Counted from the first letter of the stretch, positions 1-12,730 are shown. The stretch is DNA of 64,000 bases from Adineta vaga (GCA_021613535.1 CP075495.1:5828001-5892000), one strand, 5' to 3'. Notes: generated by a model not told the origin, from the sequence alone. Program-made: numbers and translations.

Positions 1-611
1 TCAAGTGAAAGATAAAGGCGTTTTCGTCTACAATCAATCAAATCATATTATTATTCGGTTTTAATTAATATTTACCGTTCGATTTCAACCTTTCTTGGCA
101 ATGTATGTGGTGCCGTATAGAATGGCATAAAAACTTTTGGTTCATATGTTTTTTCCAAATAGACATCACTTCGTTTATATTCAGTAGTAAATTCTCCTTC
201 TTTACTATTGGCCAATATTTGTGCAATATCAATTCCTTGTAAATCGAATACACTTGCTACAAGTAATACAAATAGAATTTAGACTATTGAATAGTCATTT
301 CAAATGAATATACCTCGAGCTGTATTTGACATTCGAAATGTTTCACGTAAAACGTCAGTGTGCAACTGGTGCTTGTCGAGCGATCTAAATTTTCGTTCTG
401 AATATAAAAATCAATATAATTTCATAAATTTTACTTCAAATCTTGAATCTGGATCAATAGTTGCTAATTCGGAATAATATCCACGTTCTCGAAGATCACG
501 ATTTTGTCGATGTCGATCAGTTCTATCATCATTTTGATTCGTACTAGCACGTGAAACTGCAGATCGACCAGAATTCTGTCGATTTGCATGATATCCATTC
601 TCTTGAGGCAT
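1..611 (-). CDS. Uncharacterised multi-exon protein, 5' part (runs off the left edge)
   Basis: ATG at 611. GT-AG introns join MPQENG...SRFE | NENLDRSTSTSCTLTFYVKHFECQIQLE | QVYSIYKEL...LKSN | DENAFIFHL in frame. No family recognised. Confidence 0.55.
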
Positions 612-872
612 TACGAAATTTTACACTGTTTCGTACAAAATGTTTTTTTTCTCTGTTTATACCGTTGTTCAGTGCAAAGTATTTCTTTCTCGTCGATTCT
701 ATACAGACATTACTATTTATATGTAAATTACGTTGTCATAACAATAGAAGTCTTTCTTCTTTTTTTCTCTGTTCTCTAAATCATCAAAGATGTCAGTAGT
801 TTTTCGTGTCGAACAAATCGATGATGTAAAGAGCAACAAGATTAAAGTACTATCAATTGACATATACGTATA

Positions 873-880
873 TATAAAAG
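873..880 (+). promoter_or_regulatory. TATA box of the amidohydrolase-like gene
   Basis: TATAAAAG about 35-40 bp upstream of the ATG at 914. Confidence 0.4.
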
Positions 881-913
881 ATCAAAGTCGTGTATCACTT
901 CATACAATAAGTA

Positions 914-1922
914 ATGAAAATAACGGTGTTCATCCTTCTGTTGATTCTCTTTGATTTGGTTTTATCCGATTCATATTCCACTGAATATTATACTTATGGA
1001 TATCGAAAATCATCGAAAATGTTGCGACGTCATTTAGCGAATACTAATATTATTATTTCCTCACCACATGCTGGTAGTGAAATGCCTGATGATGTACCTG
1101 ATCGTACTATTGGTGGATGTCAACGAAATTCTTCACAGATATGTACATTTCATTATAATGATACATGTACAGATGGAATTCGATGTTCTATTACAACAGT
1201 ACAAGATTTTGGTAGTTTTGATCGATTTGCTGAATGGATAGTAGAAGAATTGTATGAAACATATGATATTATACCCTTTGTTATTATAGGTAATTGGAAT
1301 CGAAAAAAAATTGATTTTAATCGTGATAAAATGGAAGCGACATTTCAACATCCGAAAGCAATTAAAGCATACAATGGTTATCATAATTATATTGAGAAAG
1401 CAATTAGAAGAATTAATAAAAATTTCAATGGTAAAGGTTTATTACTTGATGTTCATCAACATGCACAAGGAAAGTATGTTGCAAAAATATAATTAAATTT
1501 GAAACTGAAAAACAAATTCACTTTTCTTTAGTTATACTATGGTAGGAATACGTTTATCAGCTGATCAATTGAATAGAAATAATTTATCGTTTACTTCAAT
1601 TGAATCATTAATAAAAGATTCTTGTCCAGATGATCGAAATGAATGTATTCGTGGTTCAAAAGCGTTTGGTACTATTCTTGAATCGAATGGATTGGGTATT
1701 TCTTATCCTTCGTTGAACAACCCTAAGCCAAATAATAAAACATTCTATAAAGGTGGTTATATTACAAATTATTATTCTTCAAAAATTAATGTTATTCAAA
1801 CAGAACTTTCGTTTGTTGTACGAAATGAATTCGAACCAAAGCTTTATGTACGAAAATATGTTCAAGCCTTATTACATTTTATGAAAGTTAATCAACTTTT
1901 ACAGGACGATGATTATATCTAA
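914..1922 (+). CDS. Secreted N-formylglutamate amidohydrolase-like (Zn-dependent) protein
   Basis: Exons 914-1473 and 1532-1922 join in frame (HQHAQGN-YTMVG). Hydrophobic signal peptide, and motifs IIISSPHAG, RKKIDFNR, LLLDVHQH, GGYIT and IQTEL typical of the family. Confidence 0.7.
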
Positions 1923-2635
1923 TGCTTATTTCTATTTTCTCTGTTATATTGAATTGCACCCGTTAAAATTTTTTTCCATATCATTACTTCACCTGGATTT
2001 CGAGGAGCATAAACCAGTATGTATGTATTTGGAACATTGATTCGATTAAATAAATTTATACCAGCTAGTGGAAATCGTTCAGCCCATTGTTTATTGATTA
2101 ATAATATTGCATCCGATGGATGAACAATCATATGAAATGATCCATCGTTTGAATGTAAATGTGCGATTTCACCTTTCGGAAATGATTTTTGATCTGCATT
2201 TGGTAGAAATAATGCATCAGCACCAGTATATTCGATCATTGATTTACCACGTAATAAGAATTGATCATTAGTTGTTTCACCACCATAACGTGGAATAGAT
2301 ATCGACTCTATATATTTATGCATTTCATCCATTATATCATCGGGTGCTTGTTGAGTCAATTGACGATGTGGAAGACCACGTAACATTTTTGGTCTTGATT
2401 GATTTCGGATTGGAACATCTTTATCATTTAAATAACCTGATTGATTTGTTAATTTGAAATCAGCTGTTGAAAGACAATAGTCTTCTGATGACCAACCTTG
2501 AAAGTTGATAATACGTGTAATAAACCATAAGAGATAATTGGGTGCTTCTCTTAAACCAGATGCATATTTGTTATAACTTCTTTGAATTAAAATAATTGAG
2601 ATAATCAATAATGCTATGATCATATATAGAAACAT
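1919..2635 (-). CDS. Fungal luciferase (Luz)/DUF5519-family protein with N-terminal membrane anchor
   Basis: Intronless 238-aa ORF with an N-terminal TM helix and motifs PIR..SRP...LPHRQLTQ, GEIAHLHSNDGSFH, WAERFPLAG and LVYAPRNPGEV, in the same order as fungal Luz-family proteins. Confidence 0.8.
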   Translation of the reverse strand: MFLYMIIALLIISIILIQRSYNKYASGLREAPNYLLWFITRIINFQGWSSEDYCLSTADFKLTNQSGYLNDKDVPIRNQSRPKMLRGLPHRQLTQQAPDDIMDEMHKYIESISIPRYGGETTNDQFLLRGKSMIEYTGADALFLPNADQKSFPKGEIAHLHSNDGSFHMIVHPSDAILLINKQWAERFPLAGINLFNRINVPNTYILVYAPRNPGEVMIWKKILTGAIQYNRENRNKH

Positions 2636-3732
2636 TCTCGCTCTGAATCAATATTTCATATATTCATGCTTCTAATTCTTCTATTTAACTACTGAATTTC
2701 GTACTTCTCGTACTCGATGCCGTACAGTATAGGCAGTGGCGTGCTAATCTCAGATGAGTCAACATTTATCATACGTTATCTAATCTAACGAATTTTGTTT
2801 TGACTAGATGTCATTCAAATACAGGTTGTATTGGATATAATGATATTTTTCGAAAGTTGACATTACAAGTAAAGTCAAAGAATTTCAATTTATAGAAATA
2901 AATGACTATTGTTAACTATATTTCAATAAAATTTTAATGAACACATTAGTAAGTGTTAAAAAAACAATCATATATGACTATTATAACATTCATACTTATT
3001 TCTAATCAAAATGTAATGAAAAGTCGATCTAGTTGTTTTGCTTATTATTGAAAAGATTTCGCCTTTCTTCTTATAGGTACACAGTAAAAGTGCATGTCAT
3101 GATAGATTTGCGTGCAGCATATCGAAGAAATAAGTATGTTTGAATTTGATTTGAGAATAGTGAACTATTACTCTATATGAGTTTTTTTTCTAAAACAGAA
3201 CAAAGAAATCGTTACTGATTTCTCGTTTTACAGGAAATATATAAAGGAAGGAAAGAAACACGTGTTATTTTTCTATCAAAAACGAGCAAAACAACTCGAT
3301 GAAGTATTTATTGACAATAATACACAGAGAATCTTATTTTAAATCAACAAAAACATAATCAATCGAAAAAAGCATATTGTTATTTTTCTCCTATTTAACA
3401 TCCATTATATCTCTATTTTTAAATTTTGATTAAATAGAAAGAAGGAGAGAGAAAACTCTACGATTCTAATAACATTCACAAAACGTTCGATTAACCGAAC
3501 AGTAAGAAAATAAAAAAGCAATTGGCGTTCGTTTTATCTGAAAAGAAGAAAAGGCATAGCAACCAGAAGGTTCTGATGTGTGCATGTTGTTGCCATTATT
3601 ATTGACGAGTCAATTCTATGTATGCATGACTATTTCTTCGTTTGTTTTCTTCTCCATTCAATATCTTGTTTCTTTGACTAAACAAATTTACAAGTAAATT
3701 CTCCCTAACATCATATTACTTATTATCAAAAT

Positions 3733-5040
3733 ATGTATAAAAACCAACCGCCACCTATTCTCAAAACACAACATCATATTCATGATTTTCCATCAAATTC
3801 TGAACTACCATTCCATCAAACACTTCCTTCGCTATTTAGTGATCGATCTACTCTCCGACAACAATCATCAGCTGATTCAACAATAGATAGGTAATAGAAT
3901 AATTATTGATATTTTTCATAAAATACAAAGCAAAGAAATGGATTCTCATGTAGTTATAGACCACCAAATACAGGACGTTTTTCAATTGCAAGCAATCATA
4001 GGCGAACAAATAGTACGGGTTCAACTGGTCTGGGTTCTGTTGAAAAAACAAATATGATGTCAAGTGAAAATCCTTTTGTCGATCCCGCTCGTCCATATGA
4101 ACATTATAGTGCAACACGTACAATAACTTCGATAACATCTCCACGTAAATCAGAGGGTTCTGTAAATAAATCATTGAATCTATCTGATGAAAATCCATTT
4201 TTTTCTATCTATGGAAATTATCGTTATCCATCACAAAACGATCCATCAAAACGAATTACCAGTCAAAATACCACACCACGTTCGATTGATAGTAAATCAC
4301 TACATATGTCAGACCAAAATCCTTTTACTAGTTCTTATGAACGTTATCAACCTTCGACACAATCGAACCTGCAAAAACGTTTTAGTGAAATACCTCCACT
4401 AACAGGATCATCTTTACCATCGAATGGTCTATCTCATTCTAGTTCCTTTAGCAGCTATCGACCATCATTAATACGACAATATTCTGCTGGTGATATTGGA
4501 AGTGAATTAAATTTAAGGTTAAATTTAAATTCAACTTCAAATTCAAATCAAATTACAACATCAATTGCTGATTGGACACGAAATAATCCTGCACCACTTT
4601 CCTATCGACCTATTCATGTTCAACGACCGCCAGCTGAATATTACAATCAAAATGGATCATCCTATATTCCACCACCTAGTCCACCTCGTCAACAATCTCT
4701 ACCTCAACAACAACCGTTATCACCTCGCCCATCGCCAGTAATATCATCACAAGTTTCGTCGCGAAAATCAAATCCATCAGTTCCATTAGATAAAACATCT
4801 TTAAATATGAGTCCTGATAATCCATTTGCTCCAACATACGGTCGATATTATTATCCATCACCTGGAGAAATTAAAACACATCGTCGAGAAAGTGAACGTA
4901 CAGTTCGTTTTGCTGATGAAGTTAATGTGAATGAAAGTCGATCAACAAATTCAAATATAGATCAATCAGAAACCGAAAAGAAAGAAGTAATTTCAGATAA
5001 AGGAAAATCAAAATTTACTCGTTTCGATATCACACTTTAG
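3733..5040 (+). CDS. Ser/Pro-rich disordered protein with four NPF-containing repeats
   Basis: Exon 3733-3890 splices in frame to 3954-5040. Repeats are MSSENPF, KSLNLSDENPF, KSLHMSDQNPF and TSLNMSPDNPF. Confidence 0.7.
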
Positions 5041-5588
5041 ATTCAAAATAGTTGTTCAAGTTTTCCTTTTGTTATTGTTTTTTATTCTAAAATTCTTTTC
5101 TTATGTATGCTATGATATGTGAAAGAATAATGATTTTACGAAATCTAATATATAATGAATTCCTTACAGACGAATTCACTTTCGTGTTGAATAGATATTT
5201 TCCTATACATATTAACGTTATCAATTTTGATCTGACGTGACAGGTGCAATACGTTATAGTACATTCTACAATCAAATGGTAGGTCGATATTATAATAAGA
5301 ATATTCTTGTGTTTATACCTTTTCCAATAAACAAGGACGTCGCAAAGGAAAAAATATATTTTTGAAACCTTCATCAACGTATTAGAACAAGGTTGTTTTT
5401 TTACCTATTCAAACATGTATTACTAATATAATCTTTTCATTCAATTCTCCTTGGTTAGTTCAACCCATTGAGTACTATTTCATACATTAGTAACAAAGAA
5501 AAAAAAACGAAGAGTAGGAATGTATAAATCTATATTACAAATAATTTATTTATATCAAAGAAAGTTATCATCATCATATTAATTTACT

Positions 5589-7615
5589 CTATTTTTTGAT
5601 TTTTGTTAAAACTCGTTGAATATTTTCTTCTATTCTAATTACATTTGGATGTGTAGAAGAATACATATTTCGATAGATTTTAGCTGCATCAGTATAAAAT
5701 CCTAAAGCTTCATTAAATTTGCCTTGATCATCATAAATAGCTCCAATATTATTACAAGTTGATGCAAATTTTGGATGTTGTGGTGGAAGTGTTTTCCTAT
5801 AGATTTTCAATGCTTCTTGATAGTAGAAAATCGCATCGGTATAAAGTTTCAATAGATAATATGCATTACCAATATTGTTATATGACATGCCTAACGATGT
5901 TTCATCATTTGGAAAACTTTTTCGACGTATTTCATATGCTTTCATATAAAAGGCAAGTGCTTCTTTATAATCATGTTGTTCTTGACAAGCAATACCAATA
6001 TTATTGAAACATATCGCTTGTTTGACTAAAGCTTTACTTGATGGATATTCTCCTAAAGTATCTAATGCTTTATCATAATTCTCGATGGATTTTTTAAAAT
6101 TTCCTTTCTTTCGAAAGATATCTCCAATATTAATATAATTTGATGCAATATCAATCGAGCGTCTATTCAATACTCCAAGATTAAGTCGTAATGATTTTTC
6201 AAATAGATTTAAACTCAAATCATAATCATTTCTTTCATCAGCAACAATACCAAGTGCTTCGTAACAACGTGCAAGATCGGGATGTTTTGTTGTTTCAAAA
6301 TCATCTAATAAACGTCGATAATAGATTTCTGCTTCATCAACTTTACCCATAGTCATTAGAACATGTCCGAATGTTAATAGTTTATTATCATCTTCAATCA
6401 TATCTAATTGAAAATTATTATCCGAACATAATTTTAATTTTACTATCCATATACTTCGTTGATAGGTAAAAATATCAATAATTTGAAAAACGGAACCTAA
6501 CATAAAGAGAATTTCTTCATCATGATTGAAATTTAGATTTTTAATATTTCCAAATGGTTTATCAACACTTGATCGAGGATCTGCATCGATTTCGAATAAG
6601 ATTGGTTCGAAATTTTCCGTATTTTCAATATAGGCAATTGCACGATTTCGATCTAACGTGGCAGAAAAAAATGAATTTATGGAAATAAATTGTCCATTGG
6701 AAGATTTCAATTTTTTTAATTCATCTTTTGACATTAATTGACTTCGATATGCTCGTATTGGTATTGATGATGAAACGTTTTCTAATTGTCGTCGAATATC
6801 AACAATAAAAAATTGAAAAAGAAATAAAACATCAATATTTTGTGTTCGAAGTGCTTTATTTAGTAAACGAGATAGAAATGTATCTCTTGTATACCAAAAT
6901 ATAGCTGTATCAGATGAATATTTCTGTTCAAATTCATTAATTATCATTAATTCGGAACGATTTTTTCGGTAGATTTGTTTACTTATGGAAATCAATTGAT
7001 TTTTATCTCCCACTTCAGTTCGCATTTGTAGTAGACAATTGATTAATAATTGTGAATGAACAAGATGTCCTTGAAGATCAGTTGTAAGATTTTTATGAAT
7101 GATCTTCGAATCGAATATATAGCTAATGGTTCATAAATTCGACTTTGTTGACGTTTCTCTTGATCGAATTGAATTCGAGCAATTAATTCTTTCAAATCAG
7201 TTACAACAGCTTTTATCTATAAAAGAAAACCGAATTCGATTTGTTTTTCAATTCAAATTTTTTTGTAGATTACCTTAGGAAATCGACTAGACCATTGTTC
7301 ATTCGCATTCTGATCTTGACAATAAACATATATGGAAAGAACTTGATCAAGATTATGAATACGAGGAACGATCAATCGTCCTAATGATCCACTGACAATT
7401 AAAACGATTCGATCTTGATTACCTGTCGATAAAATATGTTTGAAGCAACGTTCCGAATCATCAAATGTTTTCAATTGATGAATCGTAGCTCGAAGTTCCT
7501 CTTGTGTATGAAGGTTATCATTTGTTTTTTCAACAAATGCGTCAAGCCAAATAAGAGAAAATGTTTCTAAATTATCTTCAGATGACGTTATAATCTTAGT
7601 GAGAATTTGTCCCAT
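5589..7615 (-). pseudogene. ADP-ribosyltransferase-like + TPR protein (bdelloid-type expanded family), frameshifted in this sequence
   Basis: Exon 7615-7274 (LETFSLIWLD N-terminal domain), then exon from 7216. ART motifs WYTRDTFL..LLNKALR, YRSQ, FFSAT and DEEILF, followed by about 6 TPRs. The frame breaks at about 7116-7120, giving TAA at 7043-7045. The downstream 478-aa ORF is intact. Confidence 0.7.
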
Positions 7616-8047
7616 TTTATCAAATTTTTCTTCAATATCATAGAATATCTCTTGTAAAAATTCGTCGCTGATTTGTTTATATCGATTGTAGGAATACTCT
7701 AATGTAAACTATTATCATAAAATATGAATATGCACGTGTTAGAAAAAAAAACAGAACAAAGAAAAAGTATGAAGGTATTATTATTGATTTGATTGTCAAA
7801 TAAACAGGTATTGAAGAACAATATCAAGACAATTGATGCATACCGAAAGAAAATTTTCTCTAATCGAGATGAAATTTAACCAATCTCATCTATTTAATAG
7901 ATCAAAATCAATCTTGTTATTGTTGTTGTTGTATCCGACATATACAAAAGATGTTTACATTATCAATCACAAACACAAAACAATGAACAGATCTTCTCAT
8001 ACCGGGAAATCAAAACAAACGAAAAAACGAGGAAGAAAACAGGGAAA

Positions 8048-9447
8048 CTAAAACCAATGTTTACGTTTAAAACATGAAAGCATAAATATAGCAAGAGTAG
8101 CCATAACACCTAAGACAATATAATAACCATATTTATAAGTCAATTCAGGCATATGTTGAAAGTTCTACAAGTAAAAAATATGATTAAATATTCAAGAAAG
8201 ACAAAGTATATTTACCATGCCATAAACTCCACTGATAAAAGTCAATGGAATAAATATTGTTGATATAATTGTCAATGTTTTTACAACTTCATTCATTGCA
8301 TTGGAATTTAACATCATATAAAAATCAATAAATGATGCTAACATTTCACGATATGTATCAATTGAATCGTTAACTTGTACGACATGATCAAATAAATCTT
8401 TCAAATAAATATTTGTACTTTCTTGCATAATTTGTGTTTCTTCTTCTTTTTGTAATTTAATAATGATTTCTTTTAATGGTGATATTATTGCACGAAGATA
8501 TAACATATCACGTTTCATATCATAAATCGATTCTAAGGTATCACGTTTAAGTGTTTTCATTAATTGATTATCGATAGATTCAACTTTCGTACCCATTGTA
8601 TCTAAGACATCCATATAATGATCAACAATAACATCAACTAATGAATAGAAAAGATAATCAATCTTTGATTTTCGTATACGACCTTTGCCTTGTCGAATAC
8701 GATCTTTAAAACGCAAAATAAAATGAAATAATTTCGAAGAAAAATAAAAGAAACTAGCAATGTTTACTTTTAATCGAATCAAATAGATCTTTTGGTGTTT
8801 CTTGAAATGTTATTAAAAGATTATCTTTCAAATAAAAACTTATTTGTTCAATAACTGTATGTCCTGTTCGACCAATATCACGAAAGATTAATTTACATAC
8901 AAGAAAAAGAGCATCATCAAAGACATCTAATTTTGTACGCTGTTCAGTAGTCGTGATATCTGTTTGAACAAGAGCATGAATTTCGTAGCGATTACCAATT
9001 TGAGCTATGATATCATGTTGATGTACACCATCAACATCAATCCCTAAAAACAACAAGAAGATTATTTGCTAATCATTTTTTATACATACATAGCATAGGA
9101 TTTATCTGTGTTAATGGTACACTAGGAATTTCATCGACTTTCTTATATTTTCCTTCTGTAAACGAACTTTCATCATAAGTGAATACATTCAATTGCACAG
9201 GTGCTCTAAACGACAAAACAAAAATGAGAAATAGAATTTGAATAAATCTATTTTATTAACAAATTTACGTTGGATCCGAAAAGTGCACTAATGTGCCTGA
9301 TGAACAAGCACCAAATGAAAATTGTGTAAGATGTCGATTAGCTGATAATCGACCATTACTTGTAGTATGATTTGTTGGTCCAATACCAGGTTTCGTACGT
9401 CGAAATGGTATGAAACTTGTTTTACGTCCTGTGAAATTTTTCACCAT
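8048..9447 (-). CDS. corA: Bacterial-type CorA Mg2+/Co2+ transporter
   Basis: Five coding exons splice in frame. Motifs WIDVDGVH, EQISF, LITFQE, LTIISTIFIPLTFISGVYGM|NFQHMPEL, with the GMN signature split by an intron. Ends FKRKHWF. Confidence 0.9.
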
Positions 9448-10137
9448 GATAAATAACAAACTAAATATTCGATCGAATTCAATATCTATTTGATAATTTA
9501 TCTAAATTCAAACTTACCATTAACTTGTTTAAAAACAGATGTTTACATTGAATAAGAATAAATAATTTTGTGAATAATTGAAAAACTAATCGTGACGTAT
9601 TTCATTAGTTTACACTTTTAATACTGTGAAGAATAAAAAGAAAAGGCACATAACAAAACGAATGAATTTCTTTCTTATCACGTTCTTTCTCTTTTCGCTT
9701 TCACCTTTGAAATAAATGTATCGGTGAATACGACTCGATTTAATCAAAAATCAAAATTAAGTCTCTTCATTTACATATTTTTCCCTCAATCAACCGTGAC
9801 AAATGTAAAACAAAAAAAAACAGATGATTTCAAAGAAGACTACAACAATAGATTTGACATATGTATATATCTATACCTTCAATGACTTTTATGCGAAAGA
9901 GAAATCAAATAAAGAATAAGTTAATTAAATGAAGACGGATAATCTTTAATGTTAGTCGGTTTCAAACGTGCGTATCATTGTTCTTTAACCTATGAGTCAA
10001 TTACAAAATGACCTTCGTCGAAATGAAATTTAAGTATGATTTTCAGATTGATTGAATCAATCAAGATTTGCCTTTTTTCTTTGTAACGTCTTGGAATGAC
10101 GTCTTTCGAATGAAGATTTCTATTGGTTAATCATATT

Positions 10138-10150
10138 GTCTCTAAGCAAC
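10138..10150 (+). promoter_or_regulatory. Candidate RFX X-box upstream of CCDC148
   Basis: GTCTCT-A-AGCAAC about 55 bp upstream of the ATG, with a CCAAT box (ATTGG) at about 10122. Confidence 0.45.
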
Positions 10151-10205
10151 GAATCTAATGAACTTCATTCATATGAAGAAAGAAATTTTTCCTATAGATT
10201 ACTTG

Positions 10206-12730
10206 ATGTCTGCTAATAAAGATCTTCGATTAAATAAACTTCATCGAACACGAGAAAATAGTAAGATAACACCAAGAAAAATAAAATATTTCCTAAATTG
10301 ATCTTTATTTCATTTTAATTATTTAGGTCTGACAGATGTTGTTCGTATTACGGATGAAAATATTCCAAAATATCGACAAGTTAATTATGGTGTTATGAAA
10401 CAGTTAATTTATGAAAAAAAGCAAAGTGGATTGGAAGCATTAGAAAGAGGTATTTAGGCGAAAGTTGCACAAGTCAATATCTCTTTTTTTTCTAAAACAA
10501 TATGATTTAAAATTTAGTTTCTAAATTACAAAATGAGAGTCATATCGTTCGTGAACAAGCCGAATTGAAAATTTGTCGTGAACATTGGCTTCATGAACAA
10601 TATAGATTGAATCAATTACATAGAAAATATGATATCGAACATCGAACATGGCTAACAGAAGCATTTCATGATCCTGATTTATTGACATTATTTCATGAAA
10701 TAACGAAATATCGTATTTGGTTAGATGAAAATACAATCGAATTTCGAAAGACAACAGTTTTACCAATTGTACAATTAAAGTATGTTGAATTCTATTTTTA
10801 GTTTTATATCTAAGTGGAAAGAGTTTCACATTAAGATTGGAGATGTGTGTTTGATTTAGAGAAGAATTACAATCAAACCAAATCAAACAAGATAATATTC
10901 CAGATGTCATGAATGCACTTCGAATGGTTGATAAAGAGCAACAAGAATTAATTGCTATTCTTAGTCAAGAAGAAAAACAACTTGAAGAAGAATTAAAAGA
11001 ATGTAAAATTACTTTCTATTCGATTTATTCTCATTCTAATTATTTTGTATATCATTCTGATTGAATAGTTCAACAACTAATTGATGAAGATGAAGAACTC
11101 AATATGATTGAAGAAGGAATACCGGACTCAGTGATACAATTACCATGTCCAGATGATGAATTACGAGTGACAATTCTTCAAGAATTTCTTATTATTGATC
11201 ATAGATATCGAGAGAATCTTATTGATTTAGATGCAAATTATTTACATATTGTTAAGTAAGAAATTTTTTCTTTCCATGATCTTTGCTATTCTTATTCGTA
11301 ATATTCAGTCAAGAAAATGGTGGTTGGGATACAGATGAACATGAAATGTTAATTCATTTATATGAAATTTATCCAACTGATTTAAAAAAACGTCGAACAT
11401 ATATTTACAATCATTTTCATCGATTTTTTCCAAACCGTTCAAGACAAGAGATGGTAATACAATATTCGATCTTACTTCTATATCTTTGTTATTAATCATA
11501 GCTTAAACATGAAGAATGGCACAATGCTCAAACATATTATCATAAACATAAACGAATGATCTTTTATGAATGGTAATTAAACATTGTAGATTGGTTTCTT
11601 TTTTTTGCGAAAAACTTTGTTTGATTTCTTTATCTAGGAAACAAGGCCGCAATGCTTTGAAAATAAAAGCTCAATCTGTCTTTGAGCAAGCATTTGAATT
11701 GCAAGAACGTTTAGTTCAACAACATGAAGAAAAAATGAAACAACGTGCATTATGCGATCAATTAGCAAATCAAGTATTTTATGAAGAGAGAGAGAGAGCG
11801 TGTGTACGTTCATAATGGTTTTTATTTTGCATATTATTAGGTACAAAAATGGAGAGAAAAACAATTGGAAGTATTAGAAATGAAAAGAAAATTAGAAGAA
11901 TCAAAACGTGAAGGTGAACTTGAAAAAATTCAACAAGAAAATGAACGATTACAAAAGCATCGACAACAACTGAAAGAAAAAGTAAGTTCTCTTTTAGCAT
12001 TCGTTCGAAATGAAAAGTATCACACTACTTCTTACATAATTTAGGTTGCGGAATATCAGACGACAAAAGAAGAAACTCGATTAGTTGAATATGAAAAAGA
12101 AAAGCAACGTTTAGCGGAAATGCAAACAATTCTTGCTGAACAACAACGAAAAGATTGGGAACGTATTAAATTTCGTAAAGAAGAGTATGAACGTAAACGA
12201 CAAGAATTACATGAACGTCAACAAAATGAAGACTATGAAGAACTTCAACGTGAAGAACGTCTTCAAGCACTGGCTGATCGTGTTCGACCGCACGTAGAAA
12301 TCGATCATGCACGTGTCTTACAACCAACAAAAGTAATTTTAACGTTCATTTTCTTCTCATTTCAGTGATATATATATATATATATATTTAGGCATTTAAT
12401 GCTCATCGTGGTTTATTAACAAGTATCGATGATGATGTTAATATTCAACAAGAATTATTTCCTATAAATACATTCAATGATCGAAAACTATATGGAGATG
12501 TTCGTATCCGTCTTGAACAACGTCTTCGTGATGCTGGTTTAATTCAAACTGATTATGCTCGACAAGCTTTGGCTGCTTTACAACAAGTACCTAAACGTAT
12601 TGATACACGTGAAAATCAAATGTGGTCAGGTTTCACCTTTAAAGCAAATGAAATTGATTCACGAAATTTTTCGAAACCAGTCAAACGAGATTTTATTAGC
12701 CATCCAATCTTTTATGGCATGGACAGTTAA
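10206..12730 (+). CDS. CCDC148: Coiled-coil domain-containing protein 148
   Basis: About 11 exons splice in frame. Motifs WLHEQYRL, GGWDTDEH, RLQALADRVRPHVEIDHARV and DVRIRLEQRLRDAGLIQTDYARQ. Confidence 0.8.

Noticed and set aside
914-2635. Fungal bioluminescence gene cluster
   Set aside because: No hispidin synthase, hispidin-3-hydroxylase or FAH-family caffeoylpyruvate hydrolase is present. The Luz family includes many non-luminous members.
2736-2752. CAGTGGCGTG resembling a hAT/MITE terminal repeat
   Set aside because: I saw no matching inverted end or target-site duplication.
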